Assembly (NCBI GenBank): GCA_037447605.1
Contig: CM074811.1
Location: 2,108,001-2,172,000, forward strand
DNA: 64,000 nt
Reading direction: 5' to 3'
Origin: Zygnema circumcarinatum SAG 698-1b
Lineage: Eukaryota > Plantae > Zygnematophyceae
The notes under the pieces were generated by a model, which was given only the letters and a program-made list of their open reading frames with translations, made no database searches and was not told the origin of the DNA. Made by a program: the position numbers and the translations under genes. Position 1 is the stretch's first letter. Every line of letters begins with the position of its first letter. Positions 11,345-25,053 of this stretch are shown here, one piece after another.

Positions 11345-14161
11345 ATGGCCATGGCGTCTCGCGAGCCGCACGAGCGGCGAGTGCTGCGGCAGGTCCTGCC
11401 CGCCCCTCGCCCCCCCTCTGCATGCTCCGCTGCAGCCGCTCTCTCTCGCCGCCGGGTTTCGTCTCTGGAGTGTTTTAGGGTTTACGGTTGTGATTAGGGT
11501 TAGGATTGGGGGGGGGGGGGCAGGGAGGGAGAGTGCAAAGAAGGAGAAGACAGACGGAGAATTTTATATCGGGCAATTTAAGTAGAAATAAAAAAAGAGT
11601 TAATGTTTGAGAGAGTGGTGGCTGATTGGGGAAAGGAGGAGGAAGAGCATGGCTGGCATTGCTCGTCTAAGTGGTGTTCGTTAGCGTTTGAGCAAGGACT
11701 GAGAAGCGCAGGCTGCTGGGGCATGGCATGGCTTACAGGCCATAAAGAAGGCGAAGAATTTTGAGATTCGGAAGCTGTGTCGTAAGCTGCGGCAGGCGGA
11801 AGTGGACGGAGCGAAACCGGGTGGGAGGGTGTCATCAAGTTCGCAAGATACTGGCAAGCTGAGCTCGCAGTTGGAAGCCTTAAAGGTAAACTTTCTGAAA
11901 TTCTGGAGGGTTGACATGACACAGACGACCTGTTTTGTAGCTTGGGCTACAAAACAAGAGTGGCCCAAGATACAAAGCGATTGTAGCTCACGCTGCGGGT
12001 TTTGGAAATGTTGACATTGCCCTTAGAGCTTCTCGGGCAACTTTCGCAGCGATGCTTTTAAAATTTTTAAGGATTGGCTCGGTTACACTGTAGATACTGA
12101 AGCATTTCAGTTTTGACTGTTATTTGACAATGGTTCTGTATCCTATGCAAACAGCATGTGCTGAATGAGAAGTGTGATCTGAATGAAAGTAGTCAAATCT
12201 GAGATTGAAAGTATTGAGAAGAATGCCCCCATGTCTTCTATAAGTGGTTATGTAAAGCATGTAGTGACAATGGTGCATGACTGATATCCCGCAGGCCTTG
12301 GACGTACAAGCTGCCCTTGGGAAGGTGTGCAGTGATATCGGTCTGGAGGAGAACTCTGAAGATGGAACAAGTGGTAGCAAACTTATAGAAAACAACGCAA
12401 AACTGACAACTTGGGCAGTGCAGAGGGTACTAGCTACCACGACTGTACGCTCTATAGTGCAACAAATTGCACTTGCAAAAGCAGAAGCTGCGAAAAATCT
12501 AGCAGACGCAGGAAATAGTGAGGGAGAAGATGGAGTATTGACATCAAATGTAGGTGAACCTCCTTCTGAGGCGAAGGCGGAGAGGCGCAATAGGGTGGTA
12601 GCCCTTGAACACGGTTTGAATAATAGGGACCACGGCAAGTCAAGGAAACGTAAGCTGGAGAGCAACGATCCTGAAGGAGGACTGAAGAAGCAGAATCAGC
12701 AAAGCTTCGAAACGGGCGGTTTAGATGATGAAGTTGAGGATTTACAGATACCAATTAGATCAAATGATGTTCAGAAACGCGTAAAAGGAGATGTGAAGCT
12801 AAAGAAGATTTCTGAAAAGCATGCTGCATCAAAAAAAACCCAGGTTGAAGCTCAAAAAGCAGAATGCAGTGTGCCACATGAGATTGCTGCAGGGGGTGAT
12901 GACTTCTTCATTGACGACTCTCCTGCTGCAAGTTTCTCAGCCAGCGACATGGAATCAGAGGGGAGTGACATGGACTCAGAGGAGGGGGAATTGCCGGTGA
13001 GGGGCCTTCCTGTATGCGTATGCATCCTTTTTTGTGGATATATTGTTGTTCCTTATGCATAGAGGGCGAAGCTGGATGGATGAGCATGAAGGTTTAAACG
13101 GTCTCTGTCTGAATGAACTTGTGCAAACCCATTGCACATACCCCGACTCGGGTGCCTTAAGCCTGCTCCTACCTTTCGTGAAGATTGCTGCATTTGTTAC
13201 TATGTTCATGAGGTGCCATGTGATGCTTTCTGTGGGGATCCTGATATGCATTACTGAAAAAATTTAACCATCGGCTTCTCTCCTCTGTCTTTTTTTTTTA
13301 TGGGGCAGATGAAAGGTACAAGTGGACGCATTAGGCAACCTTTGCATTCGAAGAAGGGAACGCCCAAAAAGAAGAAAAATCGAGCAGGGCAGCGACTCCG
13401 GCAAAGGTACAACAAGCAGCCTGGAGTGAATGCTGAATATGGAAAACTAGTGTTTTTCACAATGATGGAGTCAGGGAGGGAGTGAAGTTTTTTGGCTATG
13501 GACTCTGATCAAAGCTCCAACTTAGATGCTCTTAACAGTTTAGTTTGCCAATTCCTTCCCTGTCTTCCCCCTTTGTCTTTCGTGCATACGGCCCACTTTT
13601 CATTATTGTCTCTGTCCATCCAGGTACAATTTTTAAGTCATTACGCTCCTTGTCCTCCTGCAAGCTCTATCAAGCTCGCTTTCTCCACCTATAGGAGCGG
13701 ATCATAGTCAAGCTCAGCGCAAGTGTGAGGGGCTGATTGGGTGAGCACTATTATGGCATGGCTTTTGCAGGCTTGCAGAAATGAAGTACGGCACTAAAGC
13801 TCGGCATGTCGTGAAGGACACTTCTCGTCAAAGCAGGTCACCTGCAACTGATGCTTCTTCTTGGAACAAAAAGAAGTTACCAGGAAAGCAGCCGGCGGGT
13901 GCTCGTGAGCGCTTCAGTGAGAGAGCTTCTCACTACAACAGAAAGGGAGGGGAAGGGAAGGGGAGGAACAGCTCTCGGCATGAGGGCAGGGAGCAGAGAG
14001 GAGGAGGGAGGGAGGTAAAGGAGGGCAACCAGGGGGTTGGTCAGTGGGCTAAGCCCAAGGAAGATTTGGCTCAGCTGCACCCCTCCTGGGCGGCTAAAGC
14101 TGCCCAAGCGAAGAAGTTGACTATGGCGGGAACGGGAAAGAAAATAAAATTCGATGATTAA
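11345..14161 (+). CDS. BUD22/SRFBP1-like ribosome biogenesis protein (multi-exon)
   Basis: Exon 1 MAMASREPHERRVLRQ (11345-11392) joins AIKKAKNFEIRKLCRKL. C-terminal BUD22-type motifs KKKKNRAGQRLRQR (~13370-13410), MKYGTKARHV and LHPSWAAK...GKKIKFDD* (stop 14159-14161). Confidence 0.85.
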
Positions 14162-14899
14162 AGTGTGAATGATTGTGTGCCTCGTTTCCGAAAAGCTTCT
14201 AGTCATTTCCTGTGGCTTATTTGACAGTGGTGGCAGTGAGATGTTGAGACTAAGCTTTGAAGGCTTTTCTTGTTTGCTGTCAGCAAAAAGACAACTACTT
14301 CGAAGCTGCCCCTAGGAATTCTCCGTCATTGTGGAGCTCATGTATATATCACACCACGTGGCTACTTGTTGTTCCTAACCCTCAAAACCAGGAAGGGGAG
14401 AGGAAGAGGGAGAATCGTGTACCGACCAACAGTACTTTGAAGATCGTAATTCCGGTTACATGGTCAACATACAAAGCCTTGTTTAAACTTAAAGGAATTA
14501 GAAGACGAAATCTACCAATGCCCGTACACTTTCGTCCTTGCAAACGTTCAGCATAAACGTAAGCTCAGCACAGTTCCAACTCTCCGCCTATAGTCCGACC
14601 CTCAACAGCAATGCGAATTGAATACAACGGCCAATGTATTCTCAGTCACCTCCCACTGGACCCTATAAGAGTGGCACTATATGTTTCATTAACCCTCTCC
14701 ATGGGCACAAGAAGCAGCGGAAAAATTAAACCTGTCCCCAAAGCAATAGAATTTTGTCGGCACCACAATTTCTATCTGTACAAATCCTCGTCTGGCAAGG
14801 CACTTCTGTCCTCACGAGAAGCATGTGCTAAGCCCTCCAAGGACTGGGATGGAGGTAGTGAATTAGGGGGGATATACACAATGGAAGTAAATTAGCTGA

Positions 14900-17800
14900 T
14901 CAAGGAGCAGACACAACCCGTGTGGCAGAAGCCTCCCTGCGGCCCATTTCCAAGAGCGTCTTGTACTCTCGACTGCGTGCCCATTGGTCAATTTCTCGGG
15001 CGCGCAGAACAGGTAAAGGATGTGAGAGCTGCCGAGTTTGCGCATTTCTGCATGTGGGAATGAAAACTGCCAACAGTCAACGAAAAAGAACCAAACAAAA
15101 AAAAAACAAAAAAAAAAAAGGACTCACCTCCGCAGACACCGCTTTGAGTACAGCCAAATAGAGCATGCATAGAAATAGTGAAATAGTACTAGAACTGGAA
15201 TATCGAACCATCAAACTAACTACCAACTGTCACCAACCATCACCACCAACTATCTACAGCCAATGCCACAGCCCTCTCCCAGGAAAGGATTACACAGAAG
15301 GAGTTCATGTAGTGTTTGCATGGCATTCACCTGAGATACCACGCCAAAGGGCTGCTGGAGGCAGCTTCGTCGTAAGACCGAGCTTGTTGCAGGAAGGCAT
15401 CCACACTGAGGTCCGCAGCAATAGAGGGGCTTCCTCCCGCGAGCTTCATGAGTACCGACACAACAACCTGATACCCAGCCCGCATCCTAAGTAATAAGGA
15501 CACATTTTCAGAGTGATTAAAGGATTTTCCTTACGAGTATTTAAAGTAGTGAGAAAGCGGTCCTCCTTTGCTCCCAGTCGACTACTTGTGATAATCACTC
15601 TGAATGGTCAGAGTGGAGGGAATCGGCATACCTTGGGGTCCTGTGCGACCAGAAGAGCAGCTCTGTCGCATGTCAACTCTGCTGCTCGCAGCCATCGCAT
15701 GAGTTGATCTTCCAAATTTCTCGCAATCATTGCTCCAAGTCCTGCGTCATGCAAGAGATTCCATGATACAGGATGAGTATCACGTGAAAGCAGACATCCT
15801 TCACTCTGCTTTCAATTGTTCAGCTAAAGCAGCCGCACTGCCCAAAAGCCGCAGTCTTTCGAATCCCCTAACACATGCCATCACCAATCTTCAGATTATT
15901 GGTTGTTGTGGAAAAACAATCTAGCAGACACATAGCAAATGGACTCATTCTTCTTTGAATTACCCTTTTTTGGTTATTTATTCCTCTTAAATACTTCGTT
16001 TTCGGGCAGCGTAGCTATCCTTCGTTGCAAGAAGACATCTGTCCTTTGAGATTCTGAATGGTGGACTTCTCCGAGTAGCTGACCCACCTGGCACGGAGTA
16101 TGCTCCCAGTGCCAATACATTTGCAAATGTGAGCCATATACCATGGTCACATTTCAGGTGGCCCAGCTCATGCGCAAGAACTGCCTGCCATCCATCCGCC
16201 CCATGGTGCTGAAACAATGCATGTACCTTCATGCAAATCATTTAGAGGCAGACAGCCCCCAACCATTCTTTCTTTCTCGTCAATTAGCCCCCTTTTGCTT
16301 ATTCCTTAACAATGGCGGAATGAACGCTCTGCCCCAACTCAGACACGACTCCGCCAACAACAGCGTAATCAAGACTATCCGTTGATAAGTTTGCAAGTTT
16401 CCAACCTGCAGTTCTGCTGGAGTGAGTAGCTCCACTAGTGCAGTATGTATGACCACAAATGGCCTTCGGCCTGCAATGGCCAAAGTGTAGGCATTGGGCT
16501 GCGGGCTCTGTCGAACATATAAATCAGGAGCAGGCATTCCGAGTATGCTGGCTGCCTCTTGCATCAAATGGTGCAGTTTAGAAAGCTGCCCATTCGCCAA
16601 ATGCCCAGAAAGTTTTTTTTTTGCTCAATTGCATTCATGTACATGAAGCAATTCCTGGAGCATTGAGAGGGACTATTAAACTTGGACGAAATCAACAGCT
16701 AATCAGAGTTTGGAGCCTAAATCAACCACTTCTTTCCCAGCGTGTTGCTGCTTGGCGTTTCCACTGTGTAGCCTATACTCAGCGAATTGGTAAAATAATT
16801 GCCAAATGCTTAAGTGAAAGTCAAACCTGGGAATCGCTGACCAGCACTGATGTCCCCATGTTCTCCAAAACCATCATCTGCTCCGTAACAGGGCCTGCAC
16901 TCTTACAACCCTTCTACGTTAGTTTATACATGCAACTCACAATTTTACCCATAGTATCAATAATTAACTGAATTGAATGACAAGAAATGCTCGTCTTGAT
17001 TTCTCTATGCCATGCTGCTTTTTAAGCAAGAGCTTGAAGGAGGGTGCATCAGGACCTGTCAGCCAAGAACTTTGTTGTGTGAAATTCAAATCAAACTTCA
17101 AGGCAGAAAGACCCGCTTCGCTTTTTTTTTCTAGCAAAAATAGTTCGCAAAGATTGGCTCTCACCCAATAGCAACTGCCCAAGGCTTCTTAAGCCAGGGA
17201 ATGCTTGCAGCAGTGCCGTGTTCTGCAACAGCAGGGTCACAAGTTCAAAATTGGTCACAATTTCCCACATCACTTGGCCTCTCCACAACGTAAGGATTTT
17301 GTTAAGAGAAGAATAAAATACACTAGCATTCTCATCTAGCATACACTTGCGTCAGCTTTCAGTCGTTCCTGCCCAGAAACATGCACAAAGGTAAAGCAAT
17401 GCTCCACCTGTCGGTCCAGCGGATGACGAAACTCGTCTGCTTTAAGGTTGCCAAAATGTAGCGGCAGTCGACTCCGGTGAGATGGCGCCGGCACATCCTC
17501 CTTCTGCGTCCTTAGGTTCCATCGTGAGTGTCTCTCCCACAGGAGGTCCAGAATGTCTCAAGCATCACAATTCTTCTTCAACAATTCTGGTCATTCTTTG
17601 CCCCTGCATTCACGCGCGCTATGCAGCTAGATATTATCATTGCAAGGATGATGCAATTTATCAAGCAGACGAACCGACACTAACACGTAGACCCTAACCG
17701 CCTGACCCTTGTAATGCAAGCTCACTAGTTGAAGGTAAATGATAGTTAGCCGAGATTCCAGCTCTAGAAAATCTGTTCCAACCTTCTCTGTTCGCAAAGA

Positions 17801-17998
17801 GCTTGCTTGCGCAGCCACTATGGCCATGCTTCTGCAGCTCTGCCATCCTCTCCATGCATGCGCAGGTCCAGAAGTGCCATTCGTAGAACCTCCGGCAGTC
17901 AATCCAGGAATACGTGATCGCAAAGGCGAGTAAACGGAGCGGTTTGGTGAGAAAAGGACCGTGAAAACCGCCAATTTATCGCCTGCTAGGGTCGCCAT
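14900..17998 (-). CDS. Peptidase M48 (Ste24/HtpX family), plastoglobule PGM48-like, with N-terminal transit-peptide-like region
   Basis: Motifs ADEFRHPLDRQ, PDLYVRQSPQPNAYTLAIAG, zinc motif AVLAHELGHLKCDHG (HELGH at 16158-16172) and C-terminal SHPLPVLRAREID. Stop at 14900-14902. Confidence 0.92.
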
Positions 17999-18600
17999 TG
18001 ATGGAGCTCGGAGGGGGAGGGAGCAGCGGAAGGGTATACAGTATTCCAGGAGGAACAAGAGTGGAAAAAAGACAGTTTAAGTAAATTCTACCTACTGGAA
18101 CAGACTTGTAGACGCCTGCTTCGCGCTTACAGAAGGGCCTCCCCTTGCTACCACTAAAGAGTCAGCCATGGCTGAGACTTGCTCAAGACCTTGCCTCCCT
18201 CGGGAGACTGACTGCAAAGATATTCAGGGAGTTCCATGTGCTCAGTGACAGTAATCCCGAAAATTCGTACATCTTGACGCCATCCGTCAATCACAGCTTG
18301 CCACGTGCCATTTGTCCGACGTGCCGCGCTGCCATTCACTCGGATAAAAGCGGTCGGCCAGGACTCCCAATATATGATCGATATCCTAAGTATATCGTAT
18401 TGGGATATCTGGATACTGTCCTTCAATCTCGCATTAAAAATTAAATCGAGAAGAAAATCACAAACCTATATCTCTTCCTGACGTAAAACTAGAAGCAAAG
18501 AAAACTAATTACAAACCTAGTCCGCCTGCCGCTTTGCAGGCACCTGCCTGAAAGTGGAGGCGGGTTTGAGTGAGGGAGGCAGAGTGGGAGGCTGGCGGCC

Positions 18601-21541
18601 ATGGCCATGGCGGCGGCTGAAGCGGACGTCTTTGCGCACGCCTCCAAGCGCGCGCGTCTCGATGTGGCGGAAGATCCCAGCGCGCTCGAGTGCCGCCGCT
18701 ACAGCACGCCGGAAGGCTGCGCCTTTGGAGACAAGTGCCGCTTCCGCCATGGACCCTCTGGTACGAGTTGCTTGCAAGGCCTAGTTTGAAGGGCTTAGTG
18801 ATGCGGAGGGAAAGGTGGTGGTTGGATGAAAATGAGAGCCTGGAATCTTAGTATCCTGTTTCTTGTGAAGTAATGAATGAATTTGCAGCCGGTTGTTTTC
18901 GGAACAACCGAAACAGCCGGTTGTTTTCGTTGTCTATGGATAGACTCTGTTCAGGATTTGTGGAGAAGATTCCGGAGCTTGTTTGAGGAGAGTCCGGGCC
19001 TAAGGGTTGTGTTATTGTATTGGAAGAGAGAGTAAAGAGGAGTCAAGGAATATTGTCGTCAGATATGGTTACGGGATTTGGTGGTTTTGCACAGAAGGTA
19101 AGCGAAGTATGTAGCAAATCGTTCTTATAAGAAAAGGAGCACCTTGGGGTTCAGACTTAGTGATTGTTCTTTGATGACTTGAATGAACATCTTTTGCAGA
19201 CACACGTGAGATTGTCAATTTACAAACCACATCCACCGGAGAAAAAAAAACAAAGCCTTGTACAAAGTTTTTCAGGTAGGCTTCTGCTGATGTTTGAATT
19301 ACTGAGCTGTGGCTGTGCTGCATACTGCTTTCAGTTTCATTCTCACTGCAACTTAAGGCTATATATGCTGTAGCCCCCCACTGTGACAGCATTCTCCTTC
19401 CTATTGGTTGTACTTAATTCTCGCACATTTAACGATCCAGCATGTGGAGACGACTGTGTGGAGCGAATAGTTGGATCGTTTGCGTTGTTATCTCCTCGAT
19501 CTTTTTATTTTGACACCTATTGATGCCTTTACTCGTTGTTCATTATCTGACAATGGTTGTAGTCTCCATTATTATTCGAATGCTTGTAGCTTTCAATATT
19601 AGGAAGGTATCCTAATGTCATTTCAAGGTGAAGGTTTACAACATGTTATGAATAATATGTTGTCAAACTCAAGGAGTAAGACAGATTACCTCAAATCGGT
19701 TCTTTAGGCTTGTAGTTGTTATTGAGAGCATAGCTTGTCGAGTCATTGGAAGGTGTGACTTCGCTGTTATACTTTTGCAGTGATAATTACTGATTGTGTA
19801 TGCTGAACAGGGGAGAAGTCTAGTAATGTAATGATTTGGCAACTACACTAAAGGATTCTATTTTTTGTCTTTGAAACAGGCAATCTTTTTCGTTTCACTG
19901 CAGTTGTCCCATGCATTGTTGGTCATCTTCAAACAACACGTACTGGTTGGATGACTGCAGATGAAAATCTTGCTGACACTGAAGCTGTGTGTGTGCAGTA
20001 TGTCAGGTTGCCAGTACGGTGAAGGCTGCCATTTCTTGCACTATGTTCCAGGCGGCTTGGCTGCCACCGGATTGACTCCCGTCAATACTCCTCCTTTCAG
20101 TACCGTTTCTTTTCCTCCCTCAAGTGCCCGACCGCATATGACTGCCTCTGGAGGTTCAGCCTGGTCTTCTAGACCAGGAGCTCCCACCGGTTTCAAGACG
20201 AAGCTTTGCTCACAGATCAACTCGCCAGAAGGTTGTCGTTTTGGTGTAAAGTGCCACTTTGCACATGGAGAAGCTGAACTACGCTCAGATCGAGGTGGTG
20301 CTGGATACGATCCAAGTCCTAACGGTGGCCTTGCTATGGCTGGGAGGCCTGTTCCTTGGGGGCCACCAATAGGCGGAAGAACTGGGTTAGACTTTCAAAA
20401 TGGAGGAAGGGCTGTTAGCTGGCCCGTCGGAGTTACAGTTTCTGGAAACAGGATAGGGATTCCGGCTGCATTGGTTGGTGCAGTGATCGGTAAGGGAGGC
20501 GCAAATGTAAAGCAAGTGGCAAGGTGACTTCAGTTCCCCTCATTTGCTAAACCCTTGAATATTTCTGCAGGTCAGCCGGTGTGTTGCAGATTTGACTACA
20601 TGCATGTGGTTGATTTTTCCATGCAGATGTGTTGCAGTTGCATGAATTTGGCCTTCATTCTTTGACTGTTCTTGCAATTAATTGGCCTTCAGCCTGTCTA
20701 CAGTTTCGCATGAAGTCTATCGGCTCAGCCACAGGATGTTTTATCAGAGGGTCTTGTCAGTGCCCTTTGCCGGCAAGCCTTTGGCCATTATTTTGGGCCT
20801 AGAATTGGTGGTAGAGTTCTGTTATTCTTGCATCAGAGTATTGGTTCTTACTTCCTTAAGATATGTGAGAGATGGGCTTGACTAGTCAGTTAGTGTCTTC
20901 AAGAATTCTGCATACAACAGTGCAGGTAACGGTTATGTTTGGATGGTATGGCATAGCTTATGGTTGCCCCATGTTCGTGGTTTCATTATTTCTCATTTAT
21001 CATTTCTTTCTTTCATTCCTCATTTTTTTTCTTGCATAAGTGAATGTATGTACTGAACTCTCGCCATTAGACCTTTAGGATGGTAAACTCTGAAGAGGTG
21101 GATGGCTATGCGGAGGAGTCCCCCGGCCCTGCATGTGAATTTCTTCGGAATGTTGAAGTGGTTGGCGCAGCACCTTCATGCCGAGCTCTCAGATTGAATT
21201 TGAATGGACGTCAGCCGGCTAATCGGATTTGAGCTTGCCGTGTGCCTTACAGGTTGACGGGTGCACGGGTATCAGTAAAGGAGTTGGAAGGAGAGACAGA
21301 ACGTCGCATGGTGGAGCTTGAGGGAAATAGTCAGCAGGTTGATGCTGCTTTACAAATGGTGCAGCAATTCCTGCAGCAGCGAGATGGGGGTGCCATGCTT
21401 TCACGAGGTCCAGGCAGCTTGGGCGCCCACAACTTCAAAACCAAAATATGTGATAAATTTGTGCAAGGGACATGCACCTTTGGAGAGCGCTGCCATTTTG
21501 CTCATGGAGCGAGCGATCTTCGGGAGCCCGGCCCTCGTTAA
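18601..21541 (+). CDS. CCCH zinc-finger / KH-domain RNA-binding protein (four CCCH fingers, one KH)
   Basis: CRRYSTPEGCAFGDKCRFRH; KTKPCTKFFS|MSGCQYGEGCHFLH; KTKLCSQINSPEGCRFGVKCHFAHG; KH GAVIGKGGANVKQVAR|LTGARVSV; KTKICDKFVQGTCTFGERCHFAHG. Stop 21539-21541. Confidence 0.92.
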
Positions 21542-24500
21542 ACCCCCGGCACTGTTCTGTTGGATGCCTTCCTCAGCCTATGCGTCAAAACGCGGCAGAG
21601 GCTAGATGAGGCCTGTCAGTTCCATCCGGCTGAGAATCTGGCGTAAAGAGGTAAGGGCAATGCAATCCTTTGGAGCTGCCTTTAGCTGGAAATAGGAGAT
21701 GACAGGCAGAGCAAGCCCCTTTGAACGAATTGGGGATTGAGACGAAAGGAAAGATTCCAGGAAGAGGCATAAGCTGAGGAGAAAGGAAAGGCAAGCGGCT
21801 GTCGAATGAGCACTCAAGAAGACTTGAAAATCTCAGTGCAAAGGTGGAGAATAATTCAATGTTGCAGATGGAGTAAATAGTCTCAGCAAGAAATAGTCAA
21901 ATTTGGATGGAAATGAACGCAGTAATGATGAAGTGGCAATGAAGAAGCATTTTGTAAAGTCCTGCGATTTGAAAGGAGTGAATGGGTCCAAAAAACACGA
22001 CACTTTCAGCTTCTCTGTTTGCAAAGGATGGGTAAGGTGAGGAAGATATGCAAAATGGACAATGTGTGCCTGCAGATTTGGTAATGAAGCTTGTCTTAAT
22101 GACTATTTCTGAATATGAAAGTTTTTTTTTTGATGCACTGGTGAACATAGAAGTCAAACACTAGAAGTTTTTTTGAAACTTCATCTCTGGCTTCAGTTTG
22201 TTGAATGAGCTCAATTTTGTTGGAACTGGTACATGTAGTGAGATGAACAAATAGGTAAGTTTTTGTGAAGCAGAGAAGTAAGAAGTCTAAAAAACTGGTT
22301 AAAGTATTTTCTGAATAGGCAGGCCATAGTTTGGAGGAATCGAACGGCGAAGATCAGCCTCGGTTAGAGCATGGGTGTCATTACGATACAGTTAGTTGTT
22401 GCGTTTTGAGTAATTGACGTGAAGCTGGAAGTAGACGAAGGATAAAATTGCAGTGGTTCCGGGAGCTACAGAACTGGGCCATGTGGGTTCTAACAGCAAT
22501 ACTTGATTCTGTTCCAAATGATCACTAGGAATCGTGGGTTCAAAGGTTAACAGATTAGTTGATTTATGGGGATTGACCAGTGTTTAGTCTGGCACTTGTA
22601 TTATACTGCTAAGTGCTTAGGGAAATCCTCACTGTACTGTTCGATAAGGCCTCTAGATTGGCTAGCCAACTCTCGTTGGCCTGAATCAAGGGGACTGAGA
22701 TGCAGAGAGATAATAACAAAAGTATTCTCTTTTGTATATAGGGATCAGATTATGTAAGGGCTAGTGTGGGAGTTGCAACAGTTCTGGTAAGGTTTCATAC
22801 CAGAGTTTCAGAGGTAGCAGCCGGTGTTATTTATTACTGAGGTGGGTCTGGCATGAGCCCGATCAACTGGGGAACAGAGTTTTTGGAGTTGGTGCTTGGA
22901 TCTGCAGCGTGGGCTTACTTGTGTGGCACTCGTGGTGTTGACAGTGCAAGCAGAGTCCCTCTCACTGGCTTGGACTTGCTGCGCCTGCAAATGCGGATCC
23001 GTGAGTGCCAGAGGACTCAGCAGTCACCCGCGCAGTGGGAGGGTGGGAGTCCTGTTGGTCCGCTTGTGAGAATTAGGATTACAACTTCCGGTTGCGTGTT
23101 ATCTTCCTGGGAAGGGCAAGGGGGGTCGGTTGAGCAGGGCGGATGGTAAGGGTGAGTAGAGCACTGCTCCGGGATGCAGCTGAAGGGTTAGTAAGTCAGT
23201 CGATCGGTCAGTCAGTCAGTCAGTGGGGCTTTCGGTGAGATCGCTTGCAAGGCCATGTAACTCTGATGTGGTGCGCGAATTACTGTAATTTCTCTCTCTA
23301 CTAATTGCGTTTTCTTTCTGTGGTGCTCTTAGTGCCGATGTCGGGGGCAATGCCAGGGGGGGGTGGATGTCTGTTGTGCTATCTGCCTCTTCCTATCCCA
23401 TAATGATCATAATGTTGTCAGCATCGCATGCTCCAGATGGTCGAATTCTGTTGGTGGCATTGGTAGGTCAGAAGTGGACGTTCCAAGTGTGCCTGCATTT
23501 GTCTCCGAAACAGGGAATCGGCTTACTGTTGTGCACAACAGGTGGGTTTCCCCTTAGGCATCGATCTTCGTCCTTTCTGCTTGCTGACTACTGTGACCTT
23601 TATGCTATGTAACAATGAAGCGCCACGTGTTTCTCCATTACCATGTTCGATTGGCAGCCAATTTGAAAGGCAGCCAGCATACTCTTGAGGCATAGCAAAC
23701 TAATTGCTACATCTGAAAACTTTCTTCACTAACCCAGGTTTTCCACCATGCACAATGAAAGAATGTAGCGATCACTAGAGAGACTATGGAAAGTGTCGAG
23801 TAATTCTGCAGCACAGCCATCTCTCTTTCGGCCTGTCCCTCTCGTCCCACCTGTTTGCCTGTCCTGTGTATGAGATTTGCTGTTGAGAAGAAAGTTCAGC
23901 ACTGGTAAGCAAGCAGAGTTCACTAGCAAATGTAGCGGTAAGCTGCTATATCTCATTTGTAACGGCGCGGCCGATCGTGGCATGTTGCAAAGTACAGCAG
24001 CAAGTTCAGGCATCGTAATTCTACCGAAAGTGCAAATGGAAAAGTATCGGAGCCTCGGTCGAACAAGCTCTTGGCCATAACTAATTAATTATATAAACAG
24101 CTCTACCACAAGGGTGAATTTTAGGTCAACTCAAAACATCTCATAGCAATTGGAAGTTGAAGAAGAAGACGAAGAAGAAGGTTCAGGAAAGAAGACAAAA
24201 CAAATGGCATCCAAGGAAGGGAGCAGGGACTTTAAATCTATTGAGTGTGGACATTTATTACCGGTGGCTACGCAATGTTTGTCTCGCCTTGAAAAACATT
24301 ACCTGTCGAGGTGAATCTCTTAACCGTAGCTGACTTCAGTCGTCATAGCTGCTCTCAATTGTCTGGCAAGCATGTGCAGAGCAAGAAAGGAAGGCTTTAA
24401 GCTGCAGAAAAGGGCCTCTATGTGGGCTTGCAGGGAGACGACTATTACGTTGCTAAGTTGTTCTTGAGCTTCACCTCATCAAACGAGAGTCTTTAAGCCT

Positions 24501-25053
24501 TGCTTGTGTGCCACATGGAAGCGCACCATCGGCGAGAAGCAGACATAGCGTTTATTCTGAAGCCAACAGAACCTTTCAATTTAAAGCCAATCATATGTGC
24601 GCTGCTGCCGTGGCGAAAGGTCAGCAAGTTTAGGCGTTTTAGAAAGAATATACGAACAAAACAGCGATCCAGAAAATTAGGTTTAACGTGGTCCCCCGGT
24701 GGGACGTCTATCCTCTCCTCTGACTTAACTGCATCTTTTGACGCTGCAATCCATTTTAATGACCTAGCAGAAAGGAGAGGGAAAGGAGAAAAGACTGCAC
24801 CTTTACTCATTCCGCCAGGAGATCCTGATCTCGTTCATAGCAATACGACAATAGAAATCCTATATCTTCCTTCCAGTGCTGCTACATAAGTACTCATTTA
24901 GGCCACGTTGGTTGAAGGCCATATACATGAAACGGCAGCACTCTTGTCCTCACAAGGAGTCAAGAGGAGTCTAAGTGGTGAAAGCTGATTCCACTAATGC
25001 CTACCCCAACGTGAGGTTGCTTGCTGTAGATGGATGAGATGGAGAGAGCAGCT

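Noticed and set aside
24493-24889. Antiparallel ORFs of 105 and 129 aa
   Set aside because: No recognisable motif or consistent splice chain; left under the unexplained-interval finding.
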